The notes below the pieces were generated by a model. It ran no database searches. It was given only the letters and a program-made list of their open reading frames with translations, and was not told where the DNA came from. From a virus (taxonomy: Duplodnaviria; Caudoviricetes), in IMG/VR virus record IMGVR_UViG_3300034053_000011, positions 1 to 56,168 of that record: DNA of 56,168 nt. One strand, written 5' to 3'. Below are positions 10,328 through 19,936 of this stretch, piece after piece (the stretch's first letter is position 1; every line of letters begins with the position of its first letter). Position numbers and translations under genes: made by a program.

Positions 10328-10993
10328 ATGAACTTCCTCCAGCTTGCGCAGAAACTGCATCAGGAAGCCGGGCTCTCTGGCTCCGGCCCTGCGTCCGTTT
10401 CTTCGCAGTCTGGAATGGCGAAGAATGTCGTCGATTGGATCAACGATGCCTGGTACGAGATCCAGGGTAAGCGGCCGAACTGGCGCTTCATGTGGAACAG
10501 CAACGGCCTCGTGACGACGGTGGCCAATCAGCGCGAATACGACCTGGCTGCGCTCGGCTTCGATTGTGTGCCCGTGCGTGATTCGTTTCGTCAGCGGCAA
10601 ACGGGCGCGCCTGGGACCGAGTCATGGTTGACATTCTTCGAGTACGAAGGATTCCGTGCGACCTGCCTCTACGGGGTGCCGCGAACGGGTTTGCCGGATA
10701 GCGTCACCATCGATCCGGCAGAGAACATGCAGATCGATCCGGTGCCCACGGTGGATTGCCAGATCCGCTTCGAGTACTACTCGCGGCCGTCCTACATGAC
10801 GACAAACACCGACACACCCTCGCTGCCGACCCGCTACCACGACGCGATCTGGATTCTCGGGCTGATGAAGTACGCAGCCTACGATGAGAACACCGCGCTG
10901 TTCCAGGACGCTCAGAGAAAGTACGGAACCTGGATCAATCGCATCGAGGCGGATCAGCTCCTGACGCCTTATACCGGAGCGACGCTCGCATGA
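10328..10993 (+). CDS. Head-tail adaptor (P22 gp4/T7 gp11-like)
   Basis: 221 aa; starts MNFLQL, with W.F.W and DTP.LP..YH; sits before the nozzle gene. Confidence 0.75.
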   Translation: MNFLQLAQKLHQEAGLSGSGPASVSSQSGMAKNVVDWINDAWYEIQGKRPNWRFMWNSNGLVTTVANQREYDLAALGFDCVPVRDSFRQRQTGAPGTESWLTFFEYEGFRATCLYGVPRTGLPDSVTIDPAENMQIDPVPTVDCQIRFEYYSRPSYMTTNTDTPSLPTRYHDAIWILGLMKYAAYDENTALFQDAQRKYGTWINRIEADQLLTPYTGATLA

Positions 10994-13062
10994 CCACTAA
11001 GGTCGATTACGTCCCGCTGGGCGGGGGGTTGAATCTCATTGACTCCCAGCTCACCATGAAGCCGGGAATGATGACCGAGTGCCTGAACTACGAACAGATT
11101 TTCGGTTCTCAGGGGTACTGGCGCATCGCCGGGTTCGAACGCTATGACGGGCGCCTCGAGCCACATCTAGCCACCTACTACGTCCAGGAGTTCGACACCG
11201 GCACCGCGGCGATCAGTGTCGGCGACATCGTCACCGGGACATCGGCCTCAGCGGAAGTTCTGCTCGTTGAGCTCGAGACTGGATCATGGGTTGGCGGTGA
11301 TGCTGCCGGTCGCCTGATCCTGGGGAATGTCACCGGCGCATGGGCAAACAACGACAACATCAAAGTCTCTGCCGTCACCAAAGCGCTGGCTTCTGCCGCC
11401 ACCCACCTCGGGTCGATCGGTGAGACATTGAATTCAACCTACCGCGCGCTGGCCGTCGAGGACCGCCGCACGGCGATCCAGAAGCCGGCAGGGGAGGGCG
11501 CGATACTAGGTATTGGCGTCGCCAACGATGTAGTGTATTGCGTCAGGAATGCGGTAGGAAGTAACACCGCTGTCCTCTATAAAGCCACGGGTTCTGGATG
11601 GACCATGGTCAAGTCAGGGCTCTATCCCGGTGGCGACGTTCGCATGATTCAGGCCAATTTCTCCGGATCATCGACGTCGCTGTACCTGTTTGGCGCTGAC
11701 GGAATGAACCGTTCGTGGAAGTACGATGGTACGACGTTCTCTTTCATGGCGCCGATCTACGGCAGTCAGGGGACGAGCACCTCGAGCAACACGATCGGAA
11801 CTGGGGCCAAGACCTTCACCATTGCAGAATCCAGTCGTAGCTGGGTGGCCAATGACACCCTAATCCTCTGGAGCACGGCGAACGCCGGCAATCGGATGAC
11901 GGGTACGGTGACCAGCTACACCAGCGGCACCAACACCCTGGTGATGAATATCACAGCCACAGTTGGATCGGGAACGATCACCGACTGGGAGATCGGTAAG
12001 GCCGACTTTTCCGACAAGCCGTTCGAGCTGGCGGCGCATCGCGATCACATGTTTCTCTGCTATCCGTATGGGCAGCTTCAGACGTCGAATCTCGGCGACC
12101 CTATGACCTACACCTCGACCGCGGCACTGATCGGCGTAGGCGACGATCTGGACGGCCTGGTGAGCATGAAGGGAGGCCTTCTTGCGATCTACTGCGATGA
12201 GCGCACATACATCCTCGAGGGCTCCGACAAAACAACCTGGCAACTGACCGCCAACTCCTACAGCTCTGGCGCCAGGTTCAAGACGGTGCAGGAGATTGCG
12301 CAGTCTGTGGTCGCCCTTGACGATCGCGGACTCACTTCATTGCAAGCTACGCAGAATTTCGGTTCGTTCGAGATGTCGATCTTCTCGCGGATGGTCAAGC
12401 CTTATCTCGATGCGATCCTGCCCTATATCATCGGCTCCAAGGTTGTCCGCACCAAGAACCAATACCGGATCTACTCGAGCACCGGCGTGGTGATCACGGT
12501 GACCGTGCTGACGCCGAACGCGGTGATCACACCGGAAGACATTGCTGTCACCCGGTGTGACTACAACACCGCGATATCGTGCAGCGCCTCCGGGACCATC
12601 GACGACGCCGAGGTGTTGTTCTTCGGCACCACTGACGGCTATGTCATGCGCGAGGACGTTGGCACGTCGTTCGACGGCGTCGAGATTCCCAGCGTTACCC
12701 GGCTGCCGTTCAACTCGTTCAAGTCACCGAGCAACAAGAAGCGGTTCCGCAAACTGGTCATGGAGCTTGATGCACCGAGCCAGACTACTCTGAATTTCCG
12801 TCAACTGTTCGACTACGGCGACGGCAAGTATGCACCATCGATCAATCAGTCGTCATCCGTCCAGGGTGGCGGCGGTCAGTGGGACGTCGATAGTTGGGAC
12901 ACGTTCCTGTGGTCAATGCCGGTCCAGACGCAAGTCGAAGCCAACGTCGCTGGGGTCGGTCGCAACATGGCCCTCCTGATCTGGCACGAGTCGGCGCTCG
13001 ATGAGCCGTTCAACATCCAGGGCCTCCTGGTCCATCACAGTATTCTTGGTTTAGCGAGGTAA
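10990..13062 (+). CDS. Tail nozzle/DNA-stabilisation protein (P22 gp10/T7 gp12-like)
   Basis: 690 aa; GGLN start, propeller-like body, KRFRK and WD..WD..W near the C-terminus. Confidence 0.75.
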   Translation: MTTKVDYVPLGGGLNLIDSQLTMKPGMMTECLNYEQIFGSQGYWRIAGFERYDGRLEPHLATYYVQEFDTGTAAISVGDIVTGTSASAEVLLVELETGSWVGGDAAGRLILGNVTGAWANNDNIKVSAVTKALASAATHLGSIGETLNSTYRALAVEDRRTAIQKPAGEGAILGIGVANDVVYCVRNAVGSNTAVLYKATGSGWTMVKSGLYPGGDVRMIQANFSGSSTSLYLFGADGMNRSWKYDGTTFSFMAPIYGSQGTSTSSNTIGTGAKTFTIAESSRSWVANDTLILWSTANAGNRMTGTVTSYTSGTNTLVMNITATVGSGTITDWEIGKADFSDKPFELAAHRDHMFLCYPYGQLQTSNLGDPMTYTSTAALIGVGDDLDGLVSMKGGLLAIYCDERTYILEGSDKTTWQLTANSYSSGARFKTVQEIAQSVVALDDRGLTSLQATQNFGSFEMSIFSRMVKPYLDAILPYIIGSKVVRTKNQYRIYSSTGVVITVTVLTPNAVITPEDIAVTRCDYNTAISCSASGTIDDAEVLFFGTTDGYVMREDVGTSFDGVEIPSVTRLPFNSFKSPSNKKRFRKLVMELDAPSQTTLNFRQLFDYGDGKYAPSINQSSSVQGGGGQWDVDSWDTFLWSMPVQTQVEANVAGVGRNMALLIWHESALDEPFNIQGLLVHHSILGLAR

Positions 13063-13066
13063 CGAA

Positions 13067-14644
13067 ATGCCGAGCAATTCATTTTTCGATTGGGGCGCAA
13101 GCGTCAATCGCTTCGTTCGATTTGACGCCGCTCGCGCCGAAGAAGTCAATACCGCACTCGATAACGTCACCTCCGGGTTCGATGACGTCGAGGTTAAGAC
13201 CAATGCAGCGGTCAAGTTGCCAGATGGCGAGACGGCGACAGCTCTGCCTATTGCAGCATCACGCATTGGTAAGGTGATGTCGTTTGATGGCACGGGGCAG
13301 CCGACCTTGATCAATCCACCATCAGGAATAGGGGATGTTGTCACTGACGCTGTTCAGACGCTGACCAACAAGACGATTGCTTTGGGCAGCAACACGATCT
13401 CTGGAACCACGGCTCAGTTCAATAATGCGCTAAGTGATGGTGATTTTGCTACGTTGGCAGGATCAGAAACCCTCACCAACAAGACACTCACTACCCCGAT
13501 TATCGGGTCAATTTCCAACACCGGAACACTGACGCTACCGACATCGACGGACACGCTGGTTGGCAAGGCTACAACTGACACACTCACCAATAAAACCGCC
13601 CTCGCACTGACAAACACCATCGAAGCCCGATCTGGCCCTGATAGTTCTGCGTTCGGTTTCAGGAACAAGATCATCAACGGAAACTTTGATGTGTGGCAAC
13701 GATCCACCAGTGCGGCTGGTGGATCAAGCCAACCAAACTCCTACGTATCTGCAGACAGATGGATGTGTGCGGCTCCCTCGTTTGCGGCTGGGGTTACATT
13801 CAGCAGGCAGACCGGCCCGGAGGGTAGTTGGTATTGTATGCGGATGCTTCGCGATAACGGAAGCTCAGTCATTGCGCTCTATTTGCAGCAGACGCTCGAA
13901 ACGGCAAACAGCATATTTACCCAATCGAAAAATCTCACGCTGTCATTCAAAGCGCGTTGTGGTTCGTCTTACGGGGGTGCTGGATCTGGAAGCCTTAACG
14001 TAAAAGTCAGATCTGGAACTGGAACAGACCAGTCGGGGGCGCCACTTGGGACGTCGTTCACTGGGACAACGAATGTGATAAACCAAGCCGCCACGTTAAC
14101 GACAAGCTGGCAGACGTTTACCTACTCAACAGCGTCAGCATGTGGGGCGACGGTTTCACAGTTGAGCGTGGACTTCCAAACCAACCACACCGGAACAGCA
14201 GCAGACTCAAACGACTACGTTGAGATCGCATCCATCCAACTCGAAGTTGGTCAAACAGCAACCCCATTCGAGACTCGCCCGTATGGTGTGGAGTTGGCGT
14301 TGTGTCAGAGGTATTACGAACAAAGTTATGTAGAAGGAACGGCTCCCGGTACAGCAACAACGACGAATCAAGCTACGGGCAGATGGGCATATATTGACGG
14401 TACAACAGAAGCGTTAACAGCACATTTCCCTTTTAAGGCGACTAAACGTGCGGCGCCTACAGTGACGTTCTACTCGCCAGCAACGGGGGCATCGGGGCAG
14501 ATAAGGAATGTTACTGGTGCATCAGACATTGCGGCCCCTGCTGCAACAGCGTCAACGTGGCACTGTGGGTTGGATAGTGCAAACAATCTGGCAACTCAAG
14601 GGAATCAGTGGTCTTGTCATTGGAAAGCGGAGATTGAACTATGA
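13067..14644 (+). CDS. Tail fibre protein
   Basis: TLTNKT repeats; FRNKIINGNFDVWQR and QLEVG..ATPFE.RP...ELALCQRYY motifs common in fibres. Confidence 0.85.
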   Translation: MPSNSFFDWGASVNRFVRFDAARAEEVNTALDNVTSGFDDVEVKTNAAVKLPDGETATALPIAASRIGKVMSFDGTGQPTLINPPSGIGDVVTDAVQTLTNKTIALGSNTISGTTAQFNNALSDGDFATLAGSETLTNKTLTTPIIGSISNTGTLTLPTSTDTLVGKATTDTLTNKTALALTNTIEARSGPDSSAFGFRNKIINGNFDVWQRSTSAAGGSSQPNSYVSADRWMCAAPSFAAGVTFSRQTGPEGSWYCMRMLRDNGSSVIALYLQQTLETANSIFTQSKNLTLSFKARCGSSYGGAGSGSLNVKVRSGTGTDQSGAPLGTSFTGTTNVINQAATLTTSWQTFTYSTASACGATVSQLSVDFQTNHTGTAADSNDYVEIASIQLEVGQTATPFETRPYGVELALCQRYYEQSYVEGTAPGTATTTNQATGRWAYIDGTTEALTAHFPFKATKRAAPTVTFYSPATGASGQIRNVTGASDIAAPAATASTWHCGLDSANNLATQGNQWSCHWKAEIEL

Positions 14645-15015
14645 ACTACAAACTAACCAATCAAGATTCAGTGATCCGTGATGATGGCGCTTGTATCCCA
14701 TTCGATCCGGCTAACAGGGACTATCAACAATACCTCGCATGGCTTGCAGAAGGCAACACACCAGAACCCGCCGACCCAACCACACCGCAACCGATCATCG
14801 TCAGTCCGAGACAGATCAAACAGGCACTAGATCAAGTCGGCCTCTATGACGATGTGGAAGCAGCAATCGCTGCCGGTGATAGGCAATTAAAAATCTGGTG
14901 GAGCGACGCTACCTCGTTTGAGTCCAATCACCCAATGGTTGTCAGTATGGCTGCAGGACTCGGTGTGACTGAGCAGCAACTGACTGATCTGTTCAATCTG
15001 GCGAAGACTCTGTGA
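14641..15015 (+). CDS. Tail fibre assembly/chaperone-like protein
   Basis: IPFDPANRDYQQYLAWLAEGNTP, then VSPRQ...AL and F...HP...LG...L.DLF; coupled to the fibre gene. Confidence 0.7.
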   Translation: MNYKLTNQDSVIRDDGACIPFDPANRDYQQYLAWLAEGNTPEPADPTTPQPIIVSPRQIKQALDQVGLYDDVEAAIAAGDRQLKIWWSDATSFESNHPMVVSMAAGLGVTEQQLTDLFNLAKTL

Positions 15016-15761
15016 CAACCGCAAACGACGGCTACGGCTCACCGATTGCCCGGGACGCGCGTGGTGTCTCTGGCGGCACTCCCGGCAACGTCAATACGGC
15101 CAGCTACACGCACACGATCACCGGAGCGGATGAGGTGGCGTTTGAGTGGAACGCGCTGTTCCTGCTGGATAACTACGCCAAGGCGGGAGAGAACGTCGCC
15201 CTTTACGCGCAGGCAAACAAGCATTCCTCCGGCCCGACTTGGGGTGCTTGCATTGAGACTTGCGACACCACCCCCGGCGACTCCACTGGCCTTGTTGGTG
15301 CGGAGGTCGATTGCTGGGTATCCGGCCCTGATAACGGACTGCGTTTCGGGGTTGATGTCGTTGTCGGAGATGCTGGTACGATCCGCGAAAAGAAGCCGCA
15401 AGGTACAGCGGAAGGCTCTGTCGGTGTGCGCGTTGGAACCTGTCAGGCAACTCCGTGGGCAACGTGGGGTGTCGGCTATCAGGCTACGCATTTCCGGTAC
15501 GCAGGATTGCACTTGGCGTCCAATGCAACGAGAGCGATCCATCTGGAGGGTAATTACGTTGTAGGACTCGATCTCTCCACAGCAAAAACCCAGTCAGCCA
15601 TCCGCCTCGCTCCAGGGCAGCGCATGACGTTCGAGCCGACCGATACGATTTCGTGGTCGTGGAGAGATGGTCGCTTGCGGGTGCAGAACGGCGCGGTGAG
15701 CGTGCTTGAGATTGACACGACCACGGGCGACATTTACAAGATGGGCAAAAAGGTACTCTGA
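15012..15761 (+). CDS. Hypothetical beta-rich protein, possibly a second fibre/spike component
   Basis: 249 aa; GTG start overlaps the previous stop. Confidence 0.55.
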   Translation: MTTANDGYGSPIARDARGVSGGTPGNVNTASYTHTITGADEVAFEWNALFLLDNYAKAGENVALYAQANKHSSGPTWGACIETCDTTPGDSTGLVGAEVDCWVSGPDNGLRFGVDVVVGDAGTIREKKPQGTAEGSVGVRVGTCQATPWATWGVGYQATHFRYAGLHLASNATRAIHLEGNYVVGLDLSTAKTQSAIRLAPGQRMTFEPTDTISWSWRDGRLRVQNGAVSVLEIDTTTGDIYKMGKKVL

Positions 15762-15832
15762 TGTTGTTGTTTCATTGTTGATGACGCTGTAGAATCTAAC
15801 CGCCGCGACTTCGCTCGCCCTAAATTTATCGG

Positions 15833-15860
15833 ACCCCGCCACTGAGCGGGGTTTTTGTTT
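15833..15860 (+). terminator. Intrinsic terminator
   Basis: ACCCCGC-CACTGA-GCGGGGT followed by TTTT. Confidence 0.75.
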
Positions 15861-15871
15861 TGGAGGCCGCT

Positions 15872-17347
15872 ATGGCTGGACTCATAAATACCTACACAAA
15901 CTCGATGGGTGGGGTGCAGAACGTCGGCACAGCAGACTATGGGCTGCAATGGGAATACAACAACGCCCGCAGCAAGGGTTTGTCCGACGACCAGATTGCC
16001 ACAAAGTACGGTGTCAAGGCTGCTGACCTTGGGCAATTCCATGCTGGGTTTCAGCAACAGCAGGTTCCGCAGTGGTTCGGCGCCCCAATGGCAATGCCGC
16101 AAGCTCCGTCGCCTACGGCACCGACAGATGGACAGGTGTTCGGATCAGCTCCGACTGCGCCTGCGAACACCTATCAGAACTCACTTGGCGCGCGGCAAGA
16201 CGTTGGCACGGCTGATTATGGGCTGCAGGGTATCTATAACGCCGAGCGCAGCAAGGGCCTGTCCGACGACCAGATTGCCAGCGCCTACGGCTACAAAGCG
16301 GCAGACCTGACTCAGTTTCATGCTGGTTACAAGCCCTCTACCGGGTTGATCAACACGCCGGCTCCGGCTCCCCAGGCTCCACCACCTACTGTTAGCGCTC
16401 AGCCACCTACTGTAGCCGGACCACCGCCTGGCCCGCAGAACCCGACGCTCAACACCAACATCAAGAACACGCTCGGCGAAGCCAACATCAACCAGGGTAT
16501 TGATCCTGGCACGATGACCGTCGAAGGCCGCATCGGCAATCTGCTGACCGCAAACAACCGTGTCATTCAGCAGGCTGGTAACCGAGCGCGGGCCGCGTTT
16601 GCGCAACGTGGCCTACTCAACTCAAGCATGGCCGAAGAGGCCGCGATGGAGGCGATGACGACGAAGGCGATCGAGATTGCTGGACCGGACGCCGCGGCCT
16701 ACCTCAAGCAGAGCCAGCTTAACCAGGACTGGACCAACAAGTTCGCCCAGGACAAGACGCAGCAGGGCTACAAGACGTCGTCAATGGAACAGCAAGGTGC
16801 TATTGATGTCGGCAAGATCGCCGCCGAGTATGGCTTCCGCAACTCGTCCGAAGACAAAGCCAACGTCGCCAAACTGCAGACGAACTACACCTCGGCGATT
16901 GATGGCATCAACAACAACCACTCGACGATGATCAATGCCATCAACCAGATGGACGCTACGCAGGAAGAGAAGCAGGCAATGATCGTCAATGCACAAAACG
17001 CGCGCACCTCGGCGATCAGTTTCACCAATGCCGCATTCGCCAGACTCCCGGGTTGGTCCAAGGATTGGTTGATCAATGAGACGCCGACGACGCAGGCAGG
17101 GGCCGCAGTGAATGAGGTCGCAGCAAAGGACTCCGGCCCATCGGCATTTGATTTCGTCAAAAACCTTCCTGAAAATCAACGTCCGGTGGTAGGTGTTGGT
17201 TTTGGCGTGAGGGAAAAAACACCGGAGCAACTCGCCCATGAGTACAACGTCTACAAGATGGCCGGTGGGGGAATGAGTCAGTACGATTGGCTCCAGAAGA
17301 ACTACCCGCCACGGAATCAGAACTCCGAAGGCGGCGGCTCTGACTAA
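15872..17347 (+). CDS. Putative internal virion (ejection) protein with a duplicated ~54-aa N-terminal unit
   Basis: ATG at 15872 after GGAGG; A..RGLLNSSMA motif; Q/A/N-rich; internal repeat. Confidence 0.7.
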   Translation: MAGLINTYTNSMGGVQNVGTADYGLQWEYNNARSKGLSDDQIATKYGVKAADLGQFHAGFQQQQVPQWFGAPMAMPQAPSPTAPTDGQVFGSAPTAPANTYQNSLGARQDVGTADYGLQGIYNAERSKGLSDDQIASAYGYKAADLTQFHAGYKPSTGLINTPAPAPQAPPPTVSAQPPTVAGPPPGPQNPTLNTNIKNTLGEANINQGIDPGTMTVEGRIGNLLTANNRVIQQAGNRARAAFAQRGLLNSSMAEEAAMEAMTTKAIEIAGPDAAAYLKQSQLNQDWTNKFAQDKTQQGYKTSSMEQQGAIDVGKIAAEYGFRNSSEDKANVAKLQTNYTSAIDGINNNHSTMINAINQMDATQEEKQAMIVNAQNARTSAISFTNAAFARLPGWSKDWLINETPTTQAGAAVNEVAAKDSGPSAFDFVKNLPENQRPVVGVGFGVREKTPEQLAHEYNVYKMAGGGMSQYDWLQKNYPPRNQNSEGGGSD

Positions 17348-17739
17348 TGATCCCAGCCACCCTGCTCGACGCCTACGACATTTATCTGAGGGCAGGCCTG
17401 CCGGTTGGTGCTCGAGATGCCTGGCTGGAATTCTTTCGGGATGCCGAACTCTGGCCGATTGCCCGAGACGGGAAATATATCGGGATGATCCTGATTCACC
17501 AGGCGCCCACTGGCCAGGTGCTGATCCACATCGGCGTACTGCCGGAGTGGCAAGGGCGCTGGGTGACCAAGTCAATGCTGAAAGCCTACCCGCACTGGAA
17601 GCCTCAGTGTCCGGTGTATGCGATTGTTCAATGCCACAACACCAAGACACACATCCTCGCGCAACGCCTGGGCTTCAAGCCTTACCGCGGTGCAGGTGGA
17701 CACACAATCTATGTAAAGGAGCCTCACCATGAGTCCTGA
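17347..17739 (+). CDS. GNAT-fold protein (T7 gp13/DUF2824-like)
   Basis: HIGVLPEWQGRW and N......AQRLGF acetyl-CoA-binding-type motifs; between tail and ejection genes. Confidence 0.7.
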   Translation: MIPATLLDAYDIYLRAGLPVGARDAWLEFFRDAELWPIARDGKYIGMILIHQAPTGQVLIHIGVLPEWQGRWVTKSMLKAYPHWKPQCPVYAIVQCHNTKTHILAQRLGFKPYRGAGGHTIYVKEPHHES

Positions 17740-18514
17740 GATGATGGCCAAGCGCCACCTGTTACCGTTGAGCGGGCCGCAGGAACCGGTGTCTTCCGCT
17801 ATTGCGACGTTCGTTGCTTCCGTCACCGTCGAGGCCGTTGTCACCGGAGCCATCATCGGTGCGGTCGGCGCAGCCGTTACGGGTGGCGACATCCTTAAGG
17901 GCGCCTTACTGGGTGGCCTTGGTGGCGCGCTCACCAGTGGCATCGGAGGTGTTATGGCTGGGGAGGCTGGTGCTGCAAGTGGTGCCATTGGCGCCGAAAA
18001 TCTTGTGGCCAACGCGGCCCCAGTGACTGAAGCTGCGAAGGTGGCAGGGCTCAATGATCTCGGGCTCTCGCAAACTGCAAGTAATCTCGGCAACAGCGTT
18101 ACCGGTGTCAATTTGGCGCCTACTGCCCCAGCGTCTTTTGGCCCGAATCCAGCAATGCAAGGATCGCAAGCCTTCACTACTGGAAGCCAAGCTGCGGCCA
18201 ACACAGGATTGAACACTGCCGCATCGTCAGCAGGGGTCGGAACACGGGTGGCTGCAAATACTGGGATTACTCAGAAAGCAGTCGAGGTTGGCTCAGAAGT
18301 AGCCAAGAAAACAGGCCTCCTGAATTCAGCCGGCGACATGGTTAGTAAAGCCCTGAGCAGCCCATACGGCGCCGCCGCGGCCATGCAACTTGGCGGTGCG
18401 ATGCTCACCGGAAAGTCCGCCGACAAGCGCGCAGAGGAGCAAGCGGCAGCCTACGAGGCGGCACGGGCTCGCCGGATGATGCCGATCAAAACACAAGCAG
18501 AACAGTGGGGTTAA
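17729..18514 (+). CDS. Putative ejection/DNA-transfer protein with glycine-zipper segments
   Basis: Gly/Ala-rich hydrophobic stretch (GAIIGAVGAAVTGG...GALLGGLGGA). Confidence 0.65.
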   Translation: MSPEMMAKRHLLPLSGPQEPVSSAIATFVASVTVEAVVTGAIIGAVGAAVTGGDILKGALLGGLGGALTSGIGGVMAGEAGAASGAIGAENLVANAAPVTEAAKVAGLNDLGLSQTASNLGNSVTGVNLAPTAPASFGPNPAMQGSQAFTTGSQAAANTGLNTAASSAGVGTRVAANTGITQKAVEVGSEVAKKTGLLNSAGDMVSKALSSPYGAAAAMQLGGAMLTGKSADKRAEEQAAAYEAARARRMMPIKTQAEQWG

Positions 18515-18516
18515 TC

Positions 18517-18909
18517 ATGACCGGAATGATCAATCAGCAACAAGCGCAAAAGGCCTCGCCGGAGCAAGAGGCGATCGTCAATAAGCTACTCAAGCAGGCG
18601 GTCGATTTTCTCTTCGAGGAAGAGAACGCCGTGCAGCTCGTTGAGGCGGCCAAGGCGCAGGGGCCCGTGGATGCCATCGCGCAGTTCGCGGTTCAGCTCG
18701 TGACGCAGCAGTACAAGGCTGCCGACATGGCCGGCAAGCAGCTCGACATGGCCGCGGTGGCGCTGGCCGGGCGCGAGATCGGCAAGATCATGGCGCAGAT
18801 CCTCGTCCTGGCTCAGGTGATAAAGCCTGAGCAGGCCGAACAGATCGCAAGCGAAGCCTTCCAGAAAGGCATCGCCATGCACAACCAATCCGCTGGACAA
18901 GGAGCCTGA
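18517..18909 (+). CDS. Hypothetical helical protein in the ejection cluster
   Basis: About 130 aa; ATG at 18517. Confidence 0.6.
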   Translation: MTGMINQQQAQKASPEQEAIVNKLLKQAVDFLFEEENAVQLVEAAKAQGPVDAIAQFAVQLVTQQYKAADMAGKQLDMAAVALAGREIGKIMAQILVLAQVIKPEQAEQIASEAFQKGIAMHNQSAGQGA

Positions 18910-18911
18910 TC

Positions 18912-19862
18912 ATGGGTGCAGGGATGCTTGGAAGTATCGGTGCGGCGCTGGGGAATATCGGCGGCATGATGTACCAGGGGGCGCAACGGGAAGAGGCAGA
19001 GCAACGGGCAGATGCCCGGGCTATCGCTTCTGAGGAGCGTGCCTGGACTCGTGACCTGGCCAAGATCAAGATGGCCACGGACCGAGCGCTCGAGGAGAAG
19101 AAACGCCAGGGCGCGGCCTACAGCTCCGCTCAAGCGAGCGCTGGGAAGTCCATTGACACAGACCGCGAAGCCTATGTGCGCCAGGCGCTCGGCCTGCCCG
19201 AGGGCGCACCGGTGTCGCCGGAGCTGATGGATGAGTATTCGCCGAAGTCGCAGCGTGGCGTGATGAACCGCACGCAGGACGAGCTGATGAAGCTTGGTGA
19301 AACTGATCTGGCCAAGATCGCCGCCGAGCGTGCCGACAAGATGGGCACCGAAGAGCGTGAGGCCAAGCGAGATGAACGCCAGGCCTCGCGTGATGCGGTC
19401 AGCGACTCCCACTGGCAGATGTCACACAAGCTGCAGCGCGAGCAACTACAGGCATCCCTGCGCGCCAGCCGTGATGCTGCTGCGGACCGCCAGGAGAAGC
19501 GCGAGGACAAGAAGGCCGTGCGCGACCTGTACGACCAGCTCGGCCACTACGTCGAATCGGCGAAGGACGATCCTGCCAAGTACGACGCCCAGATCAAGCG
19601 CACCCTGGTCGAGCTCAAGAAGTATGGCGAAGACGCGACCAAGTTCGTCTATGGCGAGCTGAAGGATACTGGCAACAAGGTCGAGACAAAGTCCATGGAT
19701 GCCGAGGGTAATGAGATCAAGAACGTCCAGGCGGTGAAGCAGAACGTCGGCGGTCTGATCAACACCAAGCCAAGTGGTGGCAAGCCATTCAACATCCAGC
19801 CGGGTGTCAATGGTGAGTATGTGATGAAGGACGGCAAGCGATTCTTCGTGCCGTACAAGTAA
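18912..19862 (+). CDS. Putative ejection protein
   Basis: 316 aa; Gly-rich N-terminus then charged coiled coil; AAGGAG RBS. Confidence 0.65.
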   Translation: MGAGMLGSIGAALGNIGGMMYQGAQREEAEQRADARAIASEERAWTRDLAKIKMATDRALEEKKRQGAAYSSAQASAGKSIDTDREAYVRQALGLPEGAPVSPELMDEYSPKSQRGVMNRTQDELMKLGETDLAKIAAERADKMGTEEREAKRDERQASRDAVSDSHWQMSHKLQREQLQASLRASRDAAADRQEKREDKKAVRDLYDQLGHYVESAKDDPAKYDAQIKRTLVELKKYGEDATKFVYGELKDTGNKVETKSMDAEGNEIKNVQAVKQNVGGLINTKPSGGKPFNIQPGVNGEYVMKDGKRFFVPYK

Positions 19863-19894
19863 CGCAGTTACCTCCGAACTGGAGAGGTCGAACG

Positions 19895-19922
19895 AGCCCG
19901 CCTTGAGCGGGTTTTTCTTTTT
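19895..19922 (+). terminator. Intrinsic terminator
   Basis: AGCCCGC-CTTGA-GCGGGTT followed by TTTCTTTTT. Confidence 0.75.
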
Positions 19923-19936
19923 CTAAAGGTGCGACT

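Noticed and set aside
13067-15761. Diversity-generating retroelement targeting the tail fibre
   Set aside because: No reverse transcriptase and no TR/VR pair differing at adenines was seen.
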